Shown: piece after piece, positions 1-10,700 of the stretch
Layout: every line of letters starts with the position of its first letter
Position numbering within the stretch: position 1 is the stretch's first letter
Assembly (NCBI RefSeq): GCF_001194135.2
Contig: NC_068984.1
Location: 15,527,971-15,591,970 of the forward strand
Direction of reading: 5' to 3'
Source of the DNA: Octopus bimaculoides
Taxonomy: Eukaryota
Length of the DNA stretch: 64,000 nucleotides
Position numbers and translations under genes: made by a program
Notes under the pieces: model-generated
The model's input: only the letters and a program-made list of their open reading frames with translations
The model's database searches: none
Told to the model about the DNA's origin: nothing

Positions 1-93
1 AATAATTGAATTTGTTTACTGGATCATCTTGTTTCTATATTTGAACTTTACTTTTTCTCAATCCTATTTCAAATACCTAAACTAAAAAATTTT

Positions 94-736
94 TTTGGCG
101 CAAATCTATTGACAGTACTCGCCGACTTGTTTGTTAAAATCGACAAAAAGTAAGTATCATATTTTATATTTTCGTTTTAATAATAGCAATAGTTGGAATT
201 CTGTTTTATTATTACAAAAAAAACGTGTTTATTTTACTGCTAAGATAAAACATACTAAATCATTTTTTTCGTTTCCACTAAACTTGTGTACCTCCCCCCC
301 TTCTCTCCATTACTCAGTTTCTTTACCAAACCCTAAAATATATCCCTATAATTTAAAAATCGAATTATTTTAAGAGATAGCCATTCGATTTACCTACTGA
401 TCTCTTTTTATATCATCCCAATAGCATACTGTTTATTTACTACTAGATATGTCGCTAGTTAAATTAGCCTTGTTATATTAAACCCTACCACCTAAAATGC
501 AATGATGAAGCTGTGATGTAATAAAATTTGTTGAAAGATGGATTAAATTTGAGAATCCAATATATTCTATTAAGATGCTGTCAACAATTTATTTGATGTT
601 TACTTACTTCCAATTAGAAATTTGAACGTTCCCGCCTGATTGTTTGCAAGGCGGATTTTGGGAATTTTTAATTTAATTTTCTATGCGAAGAATTCATTAA
701 AATACTTGACTAAGGAAATATCCACTATACACACAA

Positions 737-768
<32 letters not shown>

Positions 769-1400
769 CATATAATATATATATACACACGTACATATAG
801 CATTATTATAATATGGCAATCCTTATTTTACTGAAACGAGAGTTTTCTGATTAAAAAAAGATTCCAATTTAATTCAAAGTGGAAACGTAGCTTATTCTAT
901 GCACTTTTAAAGGATTAAACAATTCATGTAATTAGTTAAGTATTTAATTACCTAATAATGAAAGGCATTACTTATAAAACGAATATTTGATGTTATCTAG
1001 CAATAGTCCAAATAAAAATCCCGCCGATTTAGCTTTGGTTTTCATCCTTTGGGTTTATAATTAAGTAACCAGCAATATATTCTAAAGATCAGTTTAATTT
1101 ACTTCATTCTCTCTTATTTTGTCTAGAAAATAAAATCTTGTTGATTTAAAAGAAGAAATTCAAATAGATTTTATCATGTTGATTCCGAGCTATCTCGATC
1201 AACTTTAATGTCACTTGAAATTTAAACCTCAAAAGTAATAACCAATGCTCGAATGATTATTTCTAATTTGATATAAATATTTCTGTTTAATGCCATTTAA
1301 TATATTTAATGTCTATTAAAATAATTCGACATTGAATTTTCTGTAATTGTTGAGGGTTTTGAAATCTACCGCCATTTTTTCCCTCCAGGTTCGCGTCACG
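94..1400 (+). promoter_or_regulatory. Candidate cell-cycle promoter motifs upstream of FBXO5
   Basis: TTTGGCGC (94-101), CCAAT (610-614), TTTGAA CHR-like (621-626), TTCCCGCC (629-636), AATCCCGCC (about 1017-1025), and TTTGAA followed by CCGCCATTTT (about 1358-1378). Motif match only; TSS unknown. Confidence 0.4.
737..790. repeat. (TA)n microsatellite
   Basis: Direct reading. Other (TA)n or (CA)n tracts at about 15228-15250, 15910-15937, 43440-43472 and 52156-52182. Confidence 0.9.
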
Positions 1401-1735
1401 TCGTTTCCTTCCCTTGATATCTTTTCTTTTCTTGGGTTCAGCAGTGTCCTTTTTCAGTTGACTTTATTCGAGCTTATATTTAATCATTACTTTCAAACAA
1501 CTGAAACCGAACATTATAGTCTAGATGTTTTATAATGCAAATTTGAAGAAGATATAAAAAAGCTGTTTTTATACATCGTGCACTGCATAGTTTTTTCACC
1601 CCGCCACTTAAAAATTTACCAATATTTGTAAGCAACCCTTTATTTTTAACACTGTTATTGATTTTTGAAAATAATTACAAATATTATATCGATCATGTAT
1701 TAATGTAGATATATATTTCTGCAATTTATTTTCAG

Positions 1736-3457
1736 ATGACTCTCGACATTACAGATAAGTATTTCAACCAACACAACAAGAAAATGTGGTTCAGAAAGAA
1801 CATCGATTCGTCCAACTTCAAGAAACCTATCTTGACTAGTACACCTCTAGATGTACCGAGTAGTAAATATTTTGATGACAGTGGTTACGTTAGTCCTCCC
1901 TGCAACACAATAACCCCATTAAATTTAAATGAGCGCTTCGGTCAAGAACCAGTGTCGATTGAGAAATTTGAGGTGTCCCTTGACCACGAATACCAGGACG
2001 TTCCTCAGAACCGGCTTGATTGGCAAGAAGCTGAAGAGGAGGATGTACTCGGTAAAAAACAACTACGAAGATCTCTTAATGCAGTTTCTCAGAAACGTGT
2101 GAACACTGAAAATATCACAATATTGAGGAAAAGCTTCGATTGTTCAAATATTATTGGCAAAAGGATAGGTAGGAAAAATTGTGATATTGTTTCTGGATTG
2201 GATCAAAGAAACATTTCTGCATTTCTTACAAAGTTAGTAGGCTATCTGTCTCCTGAAGATATACACAGGTAAGCTGTGCCTTTTTAACCTTTATATTTTC
2301 TAAATATAGTTGGATTTTATTCTGATTTTTTTGTACATAAGATATGAATTTAAATGGTATATATTGGTAATAGAATGTCGATTTTCGTTATCTTCCCCAG
2401 CATATATTATGTCAGTAAACGGTGGCAGGTCGTTTGTGATAAAATCTCTCAAGCACAGATTAAGTTAAAACAGTTTCAAGCAACGAGGAGATTAGCTGCA
2501 ATTGAAAATAAGGTAAGTTTGTTATTTTTTAAATAGTTATCTTTTACCGTTTACCAGTTTCAGTCAATAAACTGCGGCTATACTTCTGTATATATTTTAG
2601 TCGAATGAATCGACTCCAGGACTTATTTTTTAAAACCTGGTATTTAGTCTATCGGTCTCTTGCCGAACAGCTAAGTTTGAGGGGACATAAACAAACCAAC
2701 ACCGGTTGTCAAGCAATGGTGGGGGACAGACAATATTCATATAATATACGACGGGCTTTTTTCAGCTTTCATCTACCAAATCCACTCAAAGCTTTGGCCC
2801 GGCACTATAGTAGAAGGCCCTAGGTGAGACGTAGTGGGATTGAAATAGGAACCATGTGGTTAGGAAGCAAATTTTTTAAAGGGTTGGTCATCTTATATTC
2901 TAGATGCAAAATGTTTTTATTTTTCAGGAAAACTTCAACCGCAAATGTGAAACCAATGTTCAGAAAACGACGTTCACAAAATCTGAATTGTTTCTTCAAG
3001 TGAGTTTTCTCCCTTTAATGTTATTGCTTGCTAAATTCCTACTTTTTTTTTATATCATGAAGAATTTAGCTGATGAAAGTTATGTACTAAAGCAATGTAT
3101 TTATATTTATAAATCCCAAGTTTATTTCATCTTGGCATGCTCCCACATTCACACACCATTTGAATATTTTGTATTGCAAAGAACGTGAAGAATCTCCGTC
3201 TTCTTTTTTTTCAGCTTGCTGCCTCTTTACAAAACGACCAGCATCTTCAGAAGTGTCCAAAATGTCAGCACCCAGCCAAAGTTCATCCTGTTGCCGACAA
3301 AGGCGTTTGTACAAACAATGCTTGTGATCACCAATACTGCTCAAAATGTCTGGCTAATTATCATGGTTCAGCATCTTGTGTTCTCATAGGTGTCAAACGG
3401 TTACCGAAAGAAATTCTCAATACCAAAAAAGCCAAAAAGTTTCTAAAGCGGCTATGA
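1736..3457 (+). CDS. FBXO5: F-box only protein 5/43 (Emi1/Emi2/Rca1-family APC/C inhibitor), 4 coding exons, 319 aa
   Basis: Exons 1736-2268, 2401-2512, 2928-2999, 3215-3457, all GT-AG, join in frame (960 nt). Protein has a DSGYVS beta-TrCP-type degron (1877-1894), an F-box (ISAFLTKLVGYLSPEDIHSIYYVSKRWQVVC), a zinc-binding region (CPKC..CTNNAC..CSKCLANYH..C) and a C-terminal KKFLKRL RL-tail. The ATG directly follows a TTTTCAG acceptor, so an unresolved upstream exon probably exists. FBXO5 versus FBXO43 cannot be decided; likely a single co-orthologue. Confidence 0.92.
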
Positions 3458-3951
3458 GACCAAAAATGTGGAAGGCAGAATATAAATCTTAAAGATAAAA
3501 TTAAAAAAAGTCCACAACTACTGGAGAACAAAGTGGATGGTGCTGTCCCAAAAGACAGCCACAACATATCTGGCTTTGCTGCTTCTGTGAGATTTCGGAT
3601 ATTCTAGTGGCAAGGAGATTGCAAGCATTGGCGATCTTTTTTTTTAATTATCCTTTCTCATCCTTGAAATCTACCTCACAGTATTTGGATGATCTCAGTG
3701 AAAGGAAAATAACCAAATCATCTGGATTAGCAACTTTGGAAGACTATCAGAATAGTCATGCTAAAATGGACTTTTAAAATTGATCTCCGTCTCTGCACAC
3801 ACACGCATTCCTCATTCTATGAACAAAATCTATTGACTAAAAGTAATCTGTGACTGTGATATGTATATAAGATTCCTTTTCTATGTGAATTCCTTGTCTT
3901 TTATCTAAAGTTCTGATTTCCTTCATATTTATATAAAGCCACATGATGGTT

Positions 3952-3961
3952 AATAAATAAA
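3952..3961 (+). terminator. Candidate FBXO5 polyadenylation signals
   Basis: Two overlapping AATAAA about 500 nt after the stop codon; the AT-rich background weakens this. Confidence 0.3.
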
Positions 3962-4792
3962 ACAAAAGTGCTATTATAAACTGATCTCTCTTAACTGGTA
4001 GTATTATTGGAACAGCTAATCCAGTAAGAGCATTTTCAGAAATATAAAAGTATTTCAAAATTTAATTAGTATTTTATATAATGTGACTGATTAGGTCTTC
4101 ATAGTCATTTTATTGGGTAGATAAAGTGTAATCTACCTAAGTCTATTAACACAGCAGAGACCAGGGTAAACATGACTTTAATGCAGTATTTATTATTTTT
4201 GTGTTTGTATCTCGTATATTTGTGTCTGTGCTTGTGACCACATCTGAGTGCAATATTTGAGGTGATTATTGTCTTAGATCACCAAGTGTCTTTGAAGTGA
4301 ATGTATTTTAAGTGTGCATGAATTCTTTGATTGTGGCTTCAAGTATTAAAGAAAATATTTGCATTAAAACATGATTGGATTTTTCACATAATTTTGGACG
4401 TATTTAATCATCAATGTTAAATATGTGCATATTTCTTTTAGGACTTTGTGATAAATCCAAAAGATCATCTACCCTCATGAACTTTCTAATGAAGCCTATT
4501 GTTTCAAACTTTACAGAGAAATAATAAAAATTTTACAATTGGCCTGTTATTTTCTTCAATTATTTATTTGGTGATAGGCTTTAATTACATTTTCATTTAT
4601 AATGAACTTTGGTGAATAAAGAATGAACAATTTTGAATGCTTCTTCTCCTTGCTCCCAGATTGGGTCGCAAGCCTGTGTTCTTGAAATAATTTGTTGCAC
4701 CATATTGGTTTTAATATAACCTTGTATTCAGCTATCCTCTAGAAGGTGACTGTTTACAATATAAATTATGACCCAAGCCATAAGATACTGCA

Positions 4793-7700
4793 TTATCCTG
4801 TTGTTTTCCACCCCATACCCCTCCATTGTAATGAGATGAAATCAACTTCATTGACGTCGTTGAGGGAGCAGAGAACTACTGTTTTTCTTACTGATGTCCC
4901 AAGCCTCTCAATTGCTGCTATGTCCATCATTGGAATTGTTTCTGTTTGTTTCACACACCGCACAATGAAAAATGAATGATATCTGGCTGGATCACCTGGG
5001 AAATATTGAAGTTTTAAAAAGAATTGAAAGCGATTTATAGAAGTGGAAAGAGCACAAACTGAAAGTTATGTGGCATGTAAAAAGCACCATTTGAGTGTGG
5101 TCGTTGCCAGTGCTGTCCTGACTGGCTCCTGAGCCAGTCGTCGTCGTTGTTTAGCGTCCGATTTCCATGCTAGCATGGGTTGGACGATTTGACTGAGGAC
5201 TGGTGAAACCAGATGGCTCCAATCTGATTTGGCAGAGTTTCTACAGCTGGATGCCCTTCCTAACGCCAACCACTCCAAGAGTGTAGTGGGTGCTTTTACG
5301 TGTCACCCGCACGAAGGCCAGTCAGGCGGTACTGGCAACAGCCACGCTCGAAATGATGCATTTCATGTGCCACCCGCACAAAAAAAATTTAAATAATTCA
5401 TGTGTCGCCCGCACATGAGCCAGTCCAGGGGAACCAGCAACGATCTCACTCGAAAATCTTACAACGGCCCCGCACAAGAGCCAGTCCAGGGGCACTGGCA
5501 ACGGTCTCGGCATGTAAAAAGCACCATTCAAATGTGGTCAGTGCCATCTGATTGGCCTCCATGCTGGTGGCATGTAAAAAGCACCCACTACACACTCAGG
5601 GTGGTTAGCATTAGGAAGGGCATCCAGCTGTAGAAACTATGCTGGATCAGATTGGAGTCTGGTGCAGCTTCTTTGCTTGCCTGTCCTCAGTGAAACCATT
5701 CAATCCATGCCAGCTTGGAAAGCAGACGTTAAACGAAGATGATGATACAATAGTAAATTCACTCTTGTTTCTTCTAAGAAAGATTGCTTATGAATTAAGT
5801 ACTCAAGTATTTTATTTAGAGAAATCAATCACAAAATTTTAAATGGTAACTTAAATACAGTTGGTCCTTAATTTATTTAGGCTATGGTATAATAAACAAA
5901 GCAGAGAAAAAAAAAAGACCTTAATTAATGTTAAATGACATGCAGCACCATTAATTTCTTCCTTTTCATAGACACCTGCTCCCATCCATTTGTAAGGGGA
6001 AAATAAGCTACGCATGTTTCATCTGAAGCTAAATTATACCCGAGATAAAACATTTTTAATGAGAAATATAGTGTAAAGAAATAAAAACAGCTCACCAGGA
6101 TATACGAGGAAGTCTCCGCCAAATTTAGAACCATGTGTTAAAAAGTATCCTTGTTCCCAGAACTCCTTGAATACTCGATATCGCAAGTTTTGCATTGCAT
6201 TTGAAGGGAATATCCATTCAGCTTCTTTGTAAGTTCTGTTAATCCATGGATTTTCTATAAAAGATGTCCCAATAATTATTACCTCTAAAATATCCAATAT
6301 TAACTTCAAAGATGAAAGTTGCAATATAAGAATATAGCAGGTACTCACCAGTAAAGATTTGTACAACTGAATTTTTTTCATCAATAGGGGGTATTTTAAT
6401 TTCATCAACATCAATTTCTACTTCTTTTTCAAATTCTGTATCGTCAATTTCCATTCCCAATTGTTTTTGATGTTCCAATTGCTGATTTCGTTTTGCTTTC
6501 TTGCCTTTTACAATATTAGATAAGTTACGTATTGTATCCATTCTCCGCTCTTGTTGATAGAGAGGTATCTGAAATTTTGATATGCAAACTGTAGTCTTTT
6601 GAGATATTACAGCGAAAGCATTAAGTTTGTAATAAATGGCCATCTTTTGAAAACTCCTGCACATCTGACAACAAATGTTGGTTTGATTACATCCCTGTAA
6701 CAACAGCTTGGCAAAATGAGACTGATAAAATCAGTACTGGTGTTAATTTGAGTAAACCACACCAGCACAAAGATGACTGTGATCAAGGAGTTTGCTTTGC
6801 GACTACTTAGTTTTGGGGTTTGCTCTTACTGTGTGGCGCATTGGGCGAGTGTCTTCTATAGCCCTGGACTGACCAGTGCCTTGTGACTGAATTTGGCAAG
6901 TGTAGTGTGGGGAAGCCCATTATGTGCATCTTTGTGTTTGTTCCAACCACCATTAGACAATTGGTGTTTTTTTTATGTGCCTATGATTTAATAGTTTAGC
7001 AACAGAAAAAAAAAAAAAAGAAACCAACAGAATAAGTACTTGTGCCCCAGCATGACCGTAGCTCAATGACTGAAAAGTATTTGTCAATATCAATTAGTCT
7101 AAGCAGTAATAATCTAGCTGTTTTACATTTAATCCTTTCGTTACTGTATTTATTTTGAGATGCTCTGTGTTCTTTTCACTTAATTTTAAATATAACTATT
7201 ATTAAGCTAGTGTTTGGGACATAAATTGTGACTAAAGTTTGGAAGATTATAATTGAGACATTTGTACTACAGAGCCAGAGGCGGTTTCAGTTGGGTTGGT
7301 ATTGAAAGGATTAAAATAGTTTAACTCTTATGCTGGTGGTGGCATGTTAGAAAATCATTCGAGCGAGGTCGTTGCCAGTGCCACTGGACTGGCTCCTGTG
7401 CAGGTGGCATGTAAAAAAACACCTTTTTGAGCGTGGCCGCTGCCAGTACCGTGTGACTGGCCCTTGTGCCGGTGGCACGTAAAAGCATCCACTACACTCT
7501 CGGAGTGGTTGGCGTTAGGAAGGGCATCCAGCTGTAGAAACTCCGCCAGATCAGATTGGAGCCTGGTGCAGCCTTTTGGCTTGCCAGTCCTCAGTCAAAT
7601 CGTCTAACCCATGCTAGCATGGAAAGCGGACATTAAAGGATGATGATGATGATGATTGATTAGGTAGCACAAATACACATCATGTGTTCATTAACTTATT

Positions 7701-10700
7701 CTGTCACTAATTAGTCGGATTTAAATGGTGGCCCTTTAGTGGTAGATTCGAGAAAATTTGAAGTTTGGTTGACAAATTTGAAGTAAATTACCCTGGCGTT
7801 TCACTGTTTAGCTGTAAAGGTTATTTGAAATATTTATTCAATACACTAAAGGTATGTTACCTGTTCTGTGTAGCTCTGATGTCTTTGTTCTTCATAAGCT
7901 TGTATTTCTTCAGGTGATAGTTTATTAGGAAAAACTTCTTGAATTAGATGAGCAATACCTTAATAAAAAGAGAAAAAAATTAAAATCCAATTTGGAAAGA
8001 GAATTTATAAATGCAGGTGTGGATGAGAAGCTTGTTTTCTGACCATGTGGTCTTGGATTCAGTCCCATTGGAATAAATGTCTACAATAATCTGAGCTAAC
8101 CAAAGCCTTGTGAATGGTTTTGGTGGATGGAAACCAAAAGAAGTCTGTTACGTACAAACGTGTATATGTTTGTGTACATCCTTGTCTTGACATGCAATGG
8201 TTGTGAATGAGCATCACTGTCAAATAAATGTTTGTTTCCATTCTTCCCTCAAAAATATGTTTAACCATGGGGGAAATATTATCTTGCTTGGAAACAGGTG
8301 AGGGTTGGTGACAGGAAGGGCATCCAGCCATAGGAAATTTGACTCAAGTTCCATGCGATCCATGCTAGCATGAGAAAGGAAGCATTTAAACGATGCTGGT
8401 GAGAATTATGGCATTACTATTTCTGAGCTTGGTTTGCTGAAGAGAAAAGTGTTCTGTTTCTAGAAATCAATAGAAACAAAGATATTTGTGTGCAAACAGC
8501 ATTCAGCACAAATTAAGATTCAACTAACTGAAACCAAATTTCTTCTGTTAGTGTCATTTCAGTATTAGGAGTTAAACTGATATGACTTGCAATTTTTACA
8601 TCCACTTTTTCATGCTAGCATGAGTTGGATGGTACTTTTTGAAGCAGTGTTTTATGGTTTGATGCTAACCCTTTCAATTGCATCATGCAGCACATTGTCA
8701 ACCACCATTAGACAACTGGTGTTTTGTGTGCCTATAATTTAATAGTTTAGAAAACTTTTGACAGGGTCCCCTGATCCCTTGTCTGGTGGTTAATGGGGAA
8801 ACTATGGATAGGTGAGTGGTTGGTGAGAGCTGTACAAGCCTTGTACAGGGAAATTACCAGAAAGTTGACGGTGGGCCACGAGTACAGTGAAGAATTCAGG
8901 GTACAAGTAGGATCGGTGTTCAGCCCCATCTTTTTCATCATAGTCCTCCAGGCAATAACAGGAATTCAAGACAGGATGTCCCTGGGAGCTCCTCTATGCT
9001 GATGACCTTGCTCTTATAGCTGAATCACTTAACTGAACTAGAGAAGTTCCAGGTATGGAAGCAAGGTCTAGAATCGAAGGGCCTTAGAGTTAACCTAGCA
9101 AAAACCAAAGTTTCAGTAAATAGGAAGGCAGACAAATCACAAATCCCTTCAGGTAGATGGCTCTGCTTGATCTGTATAAAAGGTGTAGGTAGAAACTCCA
9201 TAAGATGCACTCAGTGTAAGCTTTGGACACATAAAAGGTGCAGTAACATCAGAGGAAGGTTAATAGGGAAACTAACTTTTGCATGTGGAAGGTGCACAGG
9301 TACAAAAGACGCTGAAAATGTGCAGAAAATAGACTCCATCAACTGCCAGGGGATCAAGCTAAAGGTAGTAGACAGTTTCTGTTATCTAAGTGACCAAGTT
9401 AGTAGTGGAGGTGGATGCACTGAGAGCGTAGATGTGGGAATAAGATTGGACTGGGCAAAGTTCAAAGAGCTCCTACCCCTGCTAGCAACAAAGGGCCCCT
9501 CTCAGAGTGAAAGGCAGATTGTTTGATGCCTGTATGCAAACAGCTACGCTGCATGGCAGTGAAACATGGGCTATGACAGCTGAGAACATGCGAAAGAAAT
9601 GAAGCTAGCATGCTTTGCTGGGTATGCAATGTCAGTGTGCATGTTTGACAGTGTAAGCACCGAAAGAGAAAAGTTAGGCATAACAGCAATCGGATGTGGT
9701 TTGCAAGAGAGACAAATGCATTGGTATGGTCAAGTGATGAGTATGGATGAGGACAGCTGTGGTAGCGGTAGACCCAGAAAGACATGGGAGAAGGTGGTGA
9801 AGCGTGATCTCTGAACTTTGAGCCTCACAGAGGCAATGACTAGTGACTGAGACCGTTGGCAATGTGCTTTGCTTGAGCGGACCCGTCAAGCCAAGTGCAC
9901 CCGTGCTGGTGGCATGTAAAGAACATCTTTTGAATGTTGGACCTCACAGAGGCAAAGTGGCTGAGTTCCTTTCAAGTGTTGGCCCTCATGGAAGCAAATT
10001 GGCTGATTTCCATTTGAGTGTTGGGCCTCATGGAGCCAAAGTGGCCGAGTTTCTTTCGAGTGTTGGGCCTCATGGAGGCAATGACCAAGACCTTTGGCAT
10101 TATGTCGTACTTGAGAAGAAGACCCATCAAACTGAGCAAAATCGCAGTTGTAGCAGATACCAGTGTCACGTAAATTGGCACCTGTGCCAATGGCATGTAA
10201 AAGCACTGATTGCACTCTGAGAGTGGTTGGCATTAGGAAGGGCATCCAGCCATAGAAAACCATGCCAAATCAGACAGGAGTCTGGTGCAGCCTTCCAGCA
10301 TGCCAGCCCAGTCAAACCGTCCAACCCATGCCAGCATGGACAACAGACATTAAATGATGATGATATAAATATGTTTTCCATGCTGGCATAGGTTGGATGA
10401 CTTAACAGCAGCTGGGAAGGCCAGGGACTACACCAGGTTCCATAGTTTGTTTTTGCTTGGTTTCTGCAATTGGATGCCTTTTTTATGTCGCACCTCGGCC
10501 AAGTGTCTCCTACTATAGCCCCAGGTTGACCAAAGCTTTGTGAGTGGATGTGGTATATGGAAACTGAAAGAAGCCCATCTTATATATATGCGTTTGCATG
10601 AGTTCATATTTCTTCTTGTCTTGACAGGTTGCATGATCTTTGCAGACAAAGAGCTCATTCACATAGTGTCAATTGTTTGCTGGGCATACAGCCATAGAAA

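Noticed and set aside
3458-4792. Overlapping 3' UTRs of convergent FBXO5 and TSEN34
   Set aside because: Candidate poly(A) signals on each strand (3952-3961 on +; 4109-4568 on -) allow termination without overlap.
5840-5930. Possible mitochondrial rRNA insertion
   Set aside because: Only a few nucleotides of resemblance in AT-rich sequence.
5931-6039. Alternative last TSEN34 exon (GDETCVAYF..)
   Set aside because: In frame but lacks the catalytic His and Lys; exon 4995-4793 supplies them.
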